A stretch of DNA of 63,844 nucleotides, filler included, from Craspedostauros australis (lineage: Eukaryota), in the NCBI GenBank assembly GCA_030167865.1. It is 12 parts of 12 records of this genome, joined end to end, with 100 filler letters (N's around TTAATTAATTAA, not from the genome) between each part and the next. Parts side by side here need not be neighbours in the genome. Positions count along the whole stretch, not along the records: positions 23,307 to 24,939 come from JALAGF010001015.1; positions 25,040 to 28,411 come from JALAGF010001017.1; positions 28,512 to 31,298 come from JALAGF010001018.1; positions 31,399 to 49,507 come from JALAGF010001019.1; 8 more parts are not named here. One strand, given 5' to 3'. The translations under genes were made by a program, and so were the position numbers. The notes beneath the pieces are model-generated. The model saw nothing but the letters and a program-made list of their open reading frames with translations. It searched no databases and was not told the origin of the DNA. Shown one piece after another: positions 24,577 to 35,363 of this stretch (position 1 is the stretch's first letter; each line of letters begins with the position of its first letter).

Positions 24577-25903
24577 GTTGGCATCGCCGTATCCGCGCAC
24601 GCTCTTTCAGCAGTCCAGAGAGGTCTAATCATGGGTTTGTGACTGCGCGTCTGTTTTGATGTGTTGTTTTGTTTGGCGCCAATTTTCGGAGACTCATTTT
24701 GTTGACTTTCGTTTGGTTTCTTTGTTGATCCAATGGCTGAAGGTCGGACTGTTTGTTGTTGGGGGTGGGATATATCCCTAATGAGTTTTTTGCTGACAAA
24801 TTTGGCACATGTGCCAAATTTGTCACTTCTTTTGGGTTCGCATCAACAGCGCTAATTGGCCTCCACGTGTAGGTGGTGAGATCGCATGCCAGACCAACAT
24901 GGTCCTCCAGTGTGGTGGCTTCTCTCATTGTTTAACTGGNNNNNNNNNNNNNNNNNNNNNNNNNNNNNNNNNNNNNNNNNNNNTTAATTAATTAANNNNN
25001 NNNNNNNNNNNNNNNNNNNNNNNNNNNNNNNNNNNNNNNTTGTGCATATCCTTATTCTACATTCCCTGCGGTACGATTCCACAGTCTTGCGTTTCGCTCT
25101 TGATCTCCTGACACCAAACTTTATGATTGGTGTCATGATTGATGTCACGTTTGATGCCCTTTCTGAGTTGTTCTAGTCCGTGGGTGACACGTGCCATGAT
25201 CTCCAGATGGGGTGATCATCAATGGGTCGGTCATCATCCTCCTTCACATGATTTAGATGTCGTGGCCTTTTCTTGATACACAGAGGACAGGCTTGTTTGC
25301 TTGGTAAGACTGGGGTCATTCCTGTGTGATTCGTGTCGTGGGTGGAATGGATAATATTCAATGGTGTGACGAATAATATCCAAAGGTGTGACAAATAATG
25401 TTGGGAGTTGCGGCAATCATGGGTATCTTTCCGACAGAGTCGTACCCTCGATTCCTGACAGATGCTGACGAGAACAAGAAAACGTTGGGGTAGAATGAAT
25501 GCAATGGGTAGAATGAATCGCAGGAGCGAGACTTTCCATCTTCTGCTGCAGGGTAGTGACACGTTGATACAGGTGTGGGATGACAAGAGAGCGGATCAGC
25601 TCGTCCAAGGTGATGGTGCTTCTGCTTGTTGTGTGGAAAAGAAAGGCACATAGATGGTTGATGCGATCCTGCATTGCCTTGGAGTACACTGGTCGTCGAG
25701 TAATTAGAACAGTGCATGAAGGACAGTATTGATACTCTGGTGAATGTGAGTGTGTTGTTGGAAGAGTAGGATGGAACAAGGGAGATGGTTGGGTGATTGT
25801 GATTGCGTGCTGCGGTTGGCGAGTAGAATGGAATGTCTAGATTGTATGAGTATGGCTGGTCCATCAACAACAAGCGAAAGACGTCCACAGAACCTATCTA
25901 CCC

Positions 25904-25942
25904 CACATCGCGATTTCACATCGCGATTTCACATCGCGATTT
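25904..25942. repeat. 13-bp tandem repeat x3 (CACATCGCGATTT)
   Basis: Three exact copies, each containing the palindrome ATCGCGAT. Confidence 0.85.
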
Positions 25943-25961
25943 CGCACTGCTCCATACATTC

Positions 25962-26936
25962 TCATATCCTCGGAACACCAGCATCCAGAACGGTCTTCTT
26001 CGCAACGCCCGTCTTGTCCATGACGAAGAAGGACACGTCCCGGAACGTGGCCAACGGTCCTCACGAGGCCTCCAGGTACACCAGCAGACCAACCTTGGCC
26101 ATGATGCCCGTGGTGGCCGTGATGTCCATGATGTCCATGATGCCTGTGGTGGTAGGCCATCGCTTGCCCTTGTATTCTGTCTTCAGGATGTCTTCGAGTC
26201 TGTCCCCACCATTGGCTTGTTCATCGTGCTGCATGGTAGGCTGCTGAATGGCGTTGGCCAGACAGTAGGCGTCTTGGATGGCCCGATTGGTGCCCTGTCC
26301 AAGGAACGGCGGCATGGCGTGCGCCGCATCACCGCAGACAATCAAGACGGCAACCTTGTCTGCGCCAGTGCTTCCATTGCAGTCACGGGTGCGGTTGCCG
26401 TTGGTGGCCATCATCGCCTCGGTCTGCCGCGCAAAGGGATTGTGGAGGTAGATCCCCAACTCGAAGAAACGATCGGCCTTGTCGATGAGTTGATCAATGA
26501 TGGGCCTTGTGATGTGCGTGTGGGGATCTTGGCACCATCGATCTGCTGTCGCATCTGTTGCTGGATGCGCTCGGCCTCGGATCATGCCTTCCAAGCGACG
26601 TTGTTGTCGTTGTTGTCGGTATTGCTGTTGTTCTCGAAAGCATGCGCCAAGGAGAGACCGGCGATGCCACCACCGATCACGGCGTTCTTCCGTATTGGTT
26701 GGTGGTTCCCACTCCCCTCCCACTCTCATTGGTGCTGCTACTGCTGCTTCGCTTCTGTGTTGGAGTGAGGATGACGGGGATGGCGATGACAGTTGCCAGC
26801 AACATGCGTGCAATGTGGATGACGCCGATCACCCTCTTTTGATGTCTGCGCCGTCACTCCACAAAGTCGATGTTCTCGCAGCCACGGCGTCATTCACGTA
26901 CGACTAGATCGACTCAATAGATTTTGATGGTTCCAT
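25962..26936 (-). pseudogene. FAD-dependent monooxygenase pseudogene with a large internal deletion
   Basis: VIGGGIAGLSLAHA (~26640-26680) and GDAAHAMPPFLGQG...AIQDAYCLA (~26255-26333) are only ~330 nt apart and in different frames. There is an in-frame TGA at 26061-26063 before the C-terminus. Confidence 0.8.
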
Positions 26937-27559
26937 GATTCGATCGAAGACCGATTGCACAAGAAAAGAAAGATACTGAATTGGACAGAACGCAGAAAGA
27001 TACCGTTCAGGCGAAACAAAACAAAGAAGAACGAGAACCCTTGACACGACAGACCTCGTCATCCATCACAACACAACGCAACACGCGAAGCAGCAATGCA
27101 CAACAGTTTGCACTCTTCGAGAGAGCAGGGATGAACGACCAGGAATGCCATCATCGTCAGCAACACATCACCAGAGACACAGGCACACCGATCAGCCTTG
27201 GATGGACACGAGACTCTTGCATCCACATCCACAACCAAACAAGGCAGAGAGTACAATCACGTGTGCCCGAAAACAACGACGACAACGAAACAAACAGGAT
27301 TGCTCTTGAGCACAACGCAAATCGTGCAAGAGAAACCTCTGATCGGCAGAGAGACTCCTCCTCCACACATCACCGACGACAACAGCAACAGTAGCAATTG
27401 CCTTCGTCAACGACTCTGCCATCGCAGAAGCTCTCCTCATAAGCACCATACCTCAACAACCATCATACAAAACAACCAAAGCACATCGCCAGCAACCCAA
27501 CCAACCCATGCAGTCATTCAATTGCCAACAGGACAACCAACAGCACAACCATTATCACG

Positions 27560-28411
27560 TTTGACAACGAACTCAATGAAAGCGCCCAAGCATTCAAGCA
27601 GAACATCAAGGTGGAGGGTCGCAAGTACCATCTCAAGATGCACAAGGATTGCTTCGTGGGTTCCGAAGCTGTGGACTTCTTGATCACCAGTGGTCAGGCA
27701 CGGAACCGCGACGAAACGGTCATTCTGGGCAAGGCTCTGCTGGGCGCACCAACGACATTCACGTGGCATCCAAGGTCTGGCCGCTGGATGAAAACAACAT
27801 CACTTTGTTGAATCACGTCCATCCACCGGAATGGCAGGATCCTATTTCAGAAAAGGGAGATGATTCCTACGATCTGGTCGTCATCGGTGGTGGTACGGCC
27901 GGTCTCATCACAGCGGGTGGATCGGCAGGTGTCGGCGCGCGCGTCGCGATGATCGAGGAACACATGTTGGGTAGTGATTGGTACGTGCGACTTATTTGTT
28001 CGGGGGTACCAACGCAATATGATCGAAGATTGCGATTTATCGCATGAATGTGCCGCATCACTGTGCAGCACTTGGATTTGATGATTGGAAGTGTCGTCAT
28101 GCTCAGAATTGCCGTCGTTGCCGTCCTCACTGCTGACGTTCCTCCCCGGAATCCATATACAATCGCATGCACAATCGCATGCACAATCGCAATGTACGAT
28201 TCCATACCCACGCATCGTAAATTGCACACTGCAACACCACAGTCTCAATGTTGGTTGCGTGCTGTCGAAGGCCATCATTCATTCGGCGAACTTTGCGCAC
28301 ACCATCCGCGGCGACATGGACCATCTGAACAACGCAGGCATCTTCGTGGACCCATCCGCGGTGCGCGTCGATTTTGAACGCGTCATGGAACGCATACGCG
28401 AGGTGCGCAGC
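27560..28411 (+). pseudogene. DEP-domain + mercuric-reductase-like pyridine nucleotide-disulfide oxidoreductase (frameshifted, 3'-truncated by contig end)
   Basis: DEP segment IKVEGRKYHLKMHKDCFVGSEAVDFL...LGKALL is followed, after a frame change near 27745, by PLDENN..LLNHVHPPEW..YDLVVIGGGTAGL. Removing the GT-AG intron 27981-28242 restores the redox motif DCLNVGC(VL)SK. Confidence 0.75.
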
Positions 28412-28958
28412 NNNNNNNNNNNNNNNNNNNNNNNNNNNNNNNNNNNNNNNNNNNNTTAATTAATTAANNNNNNNNNNNNNNNNNNNNNNNNNNNNNNNNN
28501 NNNNNNNNNNNAGGGGACGAAGATACCTGACTCTTGCCCCCTCAATCCCATAGCAAGCAAGTACAGCAACAGCTAGACAACACCATGCATATTTTACACA
28601 AGAACTATGTCATTCATGTGCTCTGCAGTGAGTTGTTTAGTCAGATATCAACGAAGCCAACATATCACTGCTGATGGTAAAAAAGCACAGGAAAGTATGC
28701 AGTATTTGGGTTCCTGGTCGGAAAAGCACAGGAGACAATTGCGGTTTTGGGTGTTGCTGTTTTTGGTTTTACTCGATTGAGTCTGCTGTCTTTCTGCTCC
28801 GTGTTAATTTACCACACTAATTTTGAGTTTGTCTCCTGAGACAACAATCTTGGTCCACATCCGGGTGCCTTGTCTCAGGAGACAAAAAGGCCCGATTTTG
28901 TCTCCTGAGACATGAAAATTTCCTCGTGGATATTAATACGAGCCATAGATATCTTTGA

Positions 28959-31298
28959 TTACACGCCGTAACAGGCGTCATTCCCGATGCACACGCCATT
29001 ACCAGCCGCGGTCCCGTCCGAACTGTTCTCGCAGGCGTTGTCGCCAATGCAACTGCCATCTCCGATGTCGTACGCGGTGAAACACGCCTTGTATCCAACA
29101 CACGAGTTGTCCCCAACACTGTCGGCAAAGCACGCAAATTCACCAAGACACGACATTGAGCCGATCGTGTTGCCTGCGTCCTCGACTCGACAGGCATTCG
29201 ACCCCCCGCCACAGGATCCGCTGCTGATATAATTGTTGTTGGCAGTGATGATGCAAGCTTGTGTGACGGTGCAAGCACCAGCCTTGATGACGTTGTTTTC
29301 AGCGCCTGATTGGATGGAGCAGGCTCGGGTTTCGTTGCACGAGTTTTGGAAGATCTGGTTGCTGATGCCGGTGATGTCACAGGCATCGTCAGCGAAGCAA
29401 GCCCCGTCGTAGATGTAGTTGGAATCGCCATTGATGGCGCAAGCAGAATCTCCGTTGCAGGGGCTTCCGAGCAGCCGGTTGGACTTTCCGGTGATATCAC
29501 AAGGTTCGCTCCCAATGCAAGATCCGGAATAGAGATAGTTGTAATCTCCCGTGATCGTGCATGTCGTTGGGGTAGAAATGTTTTTGAACGAATCGTCATA
29601 GCAACTGTACTCGAGCATGTTCGAGTCTCCCCTGATTTCGCACGCATTATGGTAATAGCATGCTCTGTCTTGCAGATCGTTCTTGTCTCCCGTGATGTTG
29701 CATGAGTTTTGGTAGTAGCATGCCATATCTCCAATGGAGTTGAGGTTACCGTTGATCACGCAGGCATCTTCGTCTTTGCAAGACTTGCCAATCTTGTTGT
29801 CATCGCCATTCACGGTGCATGCCTCGCTTCCTCCACATGCATCTTCCAACATTTCGTTGTTGTTGCCGTTCACTCTGCAAGCCTGCTTGGCTTGGCATGA
29901 TCTGGCGGAGAAGATGTTGTTGTCGCCATCCACACGGCATGCCTTGGTGCCAAGGCATGAGTCGGCGCGGAAGACGTTGTTGCTGCTGCTGTCGCCGGAG
30001 TCATTTCCGCACGATTGCTTAAGTGTGCAAGAGTTCGACTCGAAGGTGTTGTTCGTCGAGGCTCCATACATGAAGCACGACCTGTATGCGGTACAGGCAT
30101 TATCTCCGACTGTCACATCTGAGGCAAGTGACTCAAAATAGCAGGCGTACTCGAGAGATCCATTGAGCACCAAGCACGAACCCTCACCGACTGAGAATTG
30201 GGACACGTCCACCGCATAGCATGCTTTTTTGCCGAGGCATGAGACAGGCCCAATGGTGACGCCCGTGGCTCCACCAAAGGTACATGCGCCATAGCCGTTG
30301 CAGCTTCCTGAACATATCTCTACGTCGCTGCCACTCCATTTGCAGGCATCTGACGGAGCAACCCCTGTGCAGAGGCCCGTTCCGTCAGAGCAACAGCAGT
30401 CCAGGCCTCCATTTTGACAGAACATGATCGCGCCAGCTGCAGTGCCAGTGAAGCAGCTGGCGGTTGGTTCTTCGGAGGGGAAGACTGAAAGTGTTGGAGA
30501 AAGGGAAGGGAGGTCTGAAGGTGCGACGGACTCGGTTGGAGTCTGCGATGGCATGTCGGACGGAGCGATGGATTCTGTCGGTGCCTGCGAGGGCATATCA
30601 GACGGCGCGCTGGAGTCACTTGGGGCCTGCGAGGCTGTGGGGTTGGAAGACGGCGCGCTAGAATCGCTCGGCGCGCTGGACTGTGTCGGTGCCTGCGAGG
30701 GTAGATCCGAAGGTGCACTGGACTCTGTCGGTGCTTGGGACGGCAGATCCGACGGCGCACTGGACTCCGTTGGTGCCTGCGAAGGTATGTCTGAAGGTGC
30801 CATGGAATCAGTCGGCGCCTGCGATGGCAGATCACTCGGTGCGCTGGATTCTGTCGGTGCCTGCGAAGGCATGTCAGATGGAGCCACGGACTCAGTTGGC
30901 GCCTGAGAGGGCAGATCAGAGGGCGCGTTGGAATCAGTCGGCGCCTGGGAGGGCAGATCAGAGGGTGCGCTGGATTCGGTTGGTGCCTGGGAAGGCATGT
31001 CTGAAGGTGCCACTGAATCGGTCGGCGCCTGCGATGGCAGATCGGATGGTGCACTGGAGTCGCTTGGTGCCTGAGATCCTGTCGGGTTAGACGATGGTGC
31101 GCTGGAATCACTCGGTGCGCTGGACTGTGTTGGTGCCTGCGAAGGCAAGTCCGATGGAGCCACAGACTCTGTTGGTGCCTGAGAGGGCAGATCGGATGGC
31201 GCACTGGACTCCGATGGTGCCTGCGATGGCATATCTGATGGAGCCACGGACTCTGTTGGTGCCTGCGATGGCAGGTCAGAGGGCGCGCTGGATTCTGT
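28959..31298 (-). CDS. Mucin-like PSxxPSxAPT repeat + Cys-rich SCxGxxAC repeat extracellular protein (5'-truncated)
   Basis: The frame is open for more than 760 aa up to the contig edge. It holds 14-aa APSDLPSQAPTESS repeats followed by more than 20 (S/A)CxxxxAC repeats. Confidence 0.85.
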   Translation of the reverse strand, partial: TESSAPSDLPSQAPTESVAPSDMPSQAPSESSAPSDLPSQAPTESVAPSDLPSQAPTQSSAPSDSSAPSSNPTGSQAPSDSSAPSDLPSQAPTDSVAPSDMPSQAPTESSAPSDLPSQAPTDSNAPSDLPSQAPTESVAPSDMPSQAPTESSAPSDLPSQAPTDSMAPSDIPSQAPTESSAPSDLPSQAPTESSAPSDLPSQAPTQSSAPSDSSAPSSNPTASQAPSDSSAPSDMPSQAPTESIAPSDMPSQTPTESVAPSDLPSLSPTLSVFPSEEPTASCFTGTAAGAIMFCQNGGLDCCCSDGTGLCTGVAPSDACKWSGSDVEICSGSCNGYGACTFGGATGVTIGPVSCLGKKACYAVDVSQFSVGEGSCLVLNGSLEYACYFESLASDVTVGDNACTAYRSCFMYGASTNNTFESNSCTLKQSCGNDSGDSSSNNVFRADSCLGTKACRVDGDNNIFSARSCQAKQACRVNGNNNEMLEDACGGSEACTVNGDDNKIGKSCKDEDACVINGNLNSIGDMACYYQNSCNITGDKNDLQDRACYYHNACEIRGDSNMLEYSCYDDSFKNISTPTTCTITGDYNYLYSGSCIGSEPCDITGKSNRLLGSPCNGDSACAINGDSNYIYDGACFADDACDITGISNQIFQNSCNETRACSIQSGAENNVIKAGACTVTQACIITANNNYISSGSCGGGSNACRVEDAGNTIGSMSCLGEFACFADSVGDNSCVGYKACFTAYDIGDGSCIGDNACENSSDGTAAGNGVCIGNDACYGV
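30500..31298 (-). repeat. Coding 42-bp imperfect tandem repeat (APSDxPSQAPTxSx)
   Basis: The ggtgcctgcga...gatgg..c unit recurs with ~42-bp periodicity, with two interrupting PSSNPT variants. Confidence 0.9.
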
Positions 31299-32752
31299 NN
31301 NNNNNNNNNNNNNNNNNNNNNNNNNNNNNNNNNNNNNNNNNNTTAATTAATTAANNNNNNNNNNNNNNNNNNNNNNNNNNNNNNNNNNNNNNNNNNNNCG
31401 AAGACATGCACCAGCACGAACAACGAATGCGAAGCAAGGACCCTCTTGAAAAGCAAGGGGCGATTGAGCTGAAGGGCTGTCACAGCGGAAAGGAGGCAAT
31501 GTGACGTCGCGTGTCTGGGAATGGGGATGCCTTGGAGCAGACACGAGGGGATGGAAGGAGTGCAAAGTGGACGTCATTGGCACGTTCACACAGTGTTGGA
31601 CATCGCCAGGCACGCACATCAACAAGCGCAACATCACGCCGACACGGGAAAGGCGTGCTCTAGTAGTCGCATGAGTCGATGATCCGAACGAACAAAGCAC
31701 GGCACAACACGCTTCAAGCGTGAATAAAGTACAAATCGACACATGTGGTGTCTTTACCGCGCTTCCCTTGTTTGGAAGGAGGAAGTGAGCGACAGACACT
31801 TGAGATACTCTCCCCTCGTGCTCCTCGCCCCGAAGCGAAGCAGCAGTTCCCACACAACGAAAACGTGTGCGCGTGGTAGAAGAACAACGAGGAGACAAGA
31901 TTGTTTTCGTTGAAGGGTACGCGTACGGGATCTCCCAACGTCAGCCCCTCTCTGTGGATCCACCAAAGAACTCCGCAAGCAGAGCTGACCCTTCCTCCCT
32001 GCAAGAGTAGGCGTGCATCGACACAGCTTCACGCAGAGGCAATCGCTGAGACAGACACCAGAAGAACGAACACAAAGGCAATTGCGTGAACACTTGGAGA
32101 GCAACGCCAACACTCCCGACAGAGCAGATCGTAATAGTCACCACGCAGCAGCAACATTCCTCACAAACGATTGATCGCCGCAGCATCGTGTGAATCGCCC
32201 ATAAAATCCAATCCGATACGAGAGGTCCCCATCTTCTTCGCAGTGCTAGTAGAACACCAACACGCGTACGCACCACATCACATTTCGTCGCAGAACATTC
32301 CGTCGCAGAACATCCCATTGTCAGCCACGCCCTCACCCTCACACGATACGATTGCAAACACAAGAAGAAGCAACACGCGCTTCCCGTATCGAACAAAGTG
32401 CAGCAAAAAGACGAGAACACCAGCCAAAGGCAAAGAGCAAACGATCACGAAGGCAGCCAGTCGTCAACCTCGGGACTCCATCAAGACGCTCCCTTGCATT
32501 CAAAGATCCACGATCCGTCAAACCTCAATCAGTAGTCGTAACAAACGACAGCAGACAGCAGACAACAACCAGCAGCAGAGTCGTCCATCTACCAACCATA
32601 CACACATTTGCACACCCATACAATAGCTCGCAACTGTTCCATACTCATCCACAACGCATCGCAACGCAACAAACTTCACCAGCACACATCAACAGACATC
32701 AACAGACACCAACGCAACTGCACACAGTCGCAAACACCAGCACACATCGAAG

Positions 32753-34716
32753 ATGACATCCTGCAGACTCAGAACCCAAGCTTCAGCTGGCATCCGCCAC
32801 ATGCGCCGCAACTCGCAAGAATCCACATTCACGCCAGCGCTCAGCCCTGCGCCTAGGTCCCTATCATCCGTCTCCTTCTCGTCTCCGATATCATTGCGAA
32901 CGGGGCGACGTGGCGCACTGGAAAGCCATGAAGCAGGCTTTGCGACTCTCCGGTCAGCAGCCACGCAACACAACAGCTCCAGGAACTACCATGTCCAACT
33001 TCAGACGCACACAGCCTCCCGCGCAGTCGTCGCGAACCGATCAATGACCCTGCACAGCGAAGGCCACTCACGATCATCGGTGCGCGCAGCATCGCTCTTT
33101 CGCCATGGTCGACGCCAGCCACATCCCAATCCAATACCACCGGCATCACCATCATCGACACCCACATCATTGCTTCACACAGCAGCCGCAGCACCGCCAG
33201 TAGCTTCGGCAACGGCCAAACCAGCATCATCGAACTACCTCGACCCCAGAATCCTCTTGCCGCTCGTGGCCGCCATGGGCGTCATGACCGCGGTCACCAT
33301 CCCTGACACGAGGTTCCCCACCGGTCCTCTCGGCACAAAAGGAGGAGGTGGCGGAGGCGGCGGCGGCGGTGGCAAGGGACCAACCGGAGTCACTTCATCG
33401 TCATCCAGCTCCATCAAATCCAAGTCCGCACAAAAGGACGACCTGATCGAGGAAGAGCAAGCTATTCACCGCCCATTCCAGGTAAGAACAGTCATGTCAC
33501 GCGAGAATGACAACAAAAAACCTGTGCAAGTACAGTTGCAACTGCAACAGCAGTGAAGACCACAGTGCTCTCGCATGAGCGTGAGAACTGCTGCTCACCC
33601 TATTCGCATCGGATGCAATCATCGTGGCGTTGCAACGGACGGTCAAACAAAGATCTCATGTCAGAACCTTCCATGATCACCGTTGCCACGCCATTGCCAC
33701 CAGCACAACCCAACAACAACCTCATCATTTTGTATCTTTCCATTGACGTGAATTCCTGTTTCTCGCGCACGCTGATGACTTGACATCACCGATTTTATCA
33801 TCATTATCACCAACTGTACGCGTGCTCGTAATCGTACTACCGCCTCCCTGTCTCATCTCATGCCCTTCACAAGGTGTCCGTTGGGGCCTTGCAAGGTGCT
33901 CGATGGTCCATGGAAGATGAGTACAGGATAGCCAACGGCGGTCGCTTCGTCGCCTGCTTCGATGGTCACGGAGGCAGCGAAGTCAGCAAGTACCTTCGCG
34001 ACAACATGTACGATCTCTATCGCACCTACGTCAAGCAGAAGCATTGGGAGGAAGAGGAGACCTACCGCACGCCTTCCATCGCCTGCCACGTCGCGGCGCT
34101 GCGAGGAGCGCTGGAGGAGATCGACCAGCGCGTCTTGCTCGACAACCAAGCCAACTTCATGGGCAGTACCGCCGTCGCCGTTGTCGTACATCTAGGCGAA
34201 AATGGCGAGCGCACCCTGCTCTCTGCAAACGTCGGTGACAGCCGCGCCGTCCTAAGTCGTGACAGGAAGGCTGTCAACCTCACGCGCGATCACAAGCCCA
34301 ACGACGCCATCGAGCGCGAACGGATCCTCGCCATGGGCGAAGAGGTCCAGTGGGATCCTCTCGGCCACGTCCACAGGGTCCGCAGCTTGTCCCTGTCCCG
34401 CGCCATCGGCGACCGCCACGCCAAGCCCGTGGTCTCGGGCGTGCCGGAGATCAAGCACTTCCCTCTCATCGAGGATGACAGCAACGAGTTCGTCCTGCTG
34501 GCTTCCGACGGCCTCTGGGACGTCATGACGAGCCAAGAGGCCGTCGATTTCGTTCACGAATCCATGGAGGAAGATCTCCCACAAGGAAGTTCGGTGTCGT
34601 CAACACGACTGATGCGCAAGAACATGGCAAGGCGCGTTGCGCGCGAAGCCATCCTGCGTGGCTCCGGCGACAACGTCTGCGTTGTCATGGTCTGGCTTTC
34701 CGACATCAAACGGTAA
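32753..34716 (+). CDS. Protein phosphatase 2C (PPM family), 2 exons (32753-33481, 33874-34716)
   Basis: Phase-0 intron 33482-33873 (GTAAGA...CACAAG). Motifs are RWSMED, FDGHGG, GSTA, ANVGDSRAVL, DHKP, LSRAIGD, LASDGLWDV and GSGDN. The N-terminal extension is Arg/Ser-rich with a hydrophobic segment. Confidence 0.92.
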
Positions 34717-35363
34717 ACGACGATACCTGCACGTACTCTACGTGTGCGTACTGCACGACTATCCAGATCAAGCGACTGCCTCCATTCATCCATCGAGCGA
34801 TCACGACCTGATCGCCTACCCTTTTCACTCCACGACACATTCGACATCATCAATGCATCATCCAAGAGCATGTCCATCAATGCATCCTTCCCTTCATCCC
34901 ACGCAACCATCCACCATTTCTTCCAACCATCCACCCGTACGTACATAATAGTATCGGCTGTATCAGTAAGCTACAACAGATCTTAATTCAATACATGCTC
35001 CATTTTAGTTCAACCATCTTCATGCGAACACAAACAGCCCTGCCTTGACATCCACAACTCCACGCCTCAGCTGCGTCACACAGTTCCATTCGGTTCATTC
35101 TATGAGTATGTATGGTACTCATAGAGTGCAATGGAAGGATCATGTTGCCATGGGCTACCGCAATGTGCCCCAAGCATGACAACTTCATCGTGTGACGACC
35201 ATACCATGCTTCAACTCGTACAACTCGGCTAGTATTGTATTCTGCACAATACATCTGTCTGAAGGCCAGTATTCTGAGATGAACTTGACTTGCTATCTCC
35301 ATCCAACCTCTTTGGAGACGATCGACGTCTCCTACTCTCTACTAGTACTCGTCGAGTGGCAAT

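Noticed and set aside
25160..25300. MMTDPLMITPSG and CPLC fragments resembling a U-box or RING domain on the minus strand
   Set aside because: The fragments are too short, in different frames and without supporting context.
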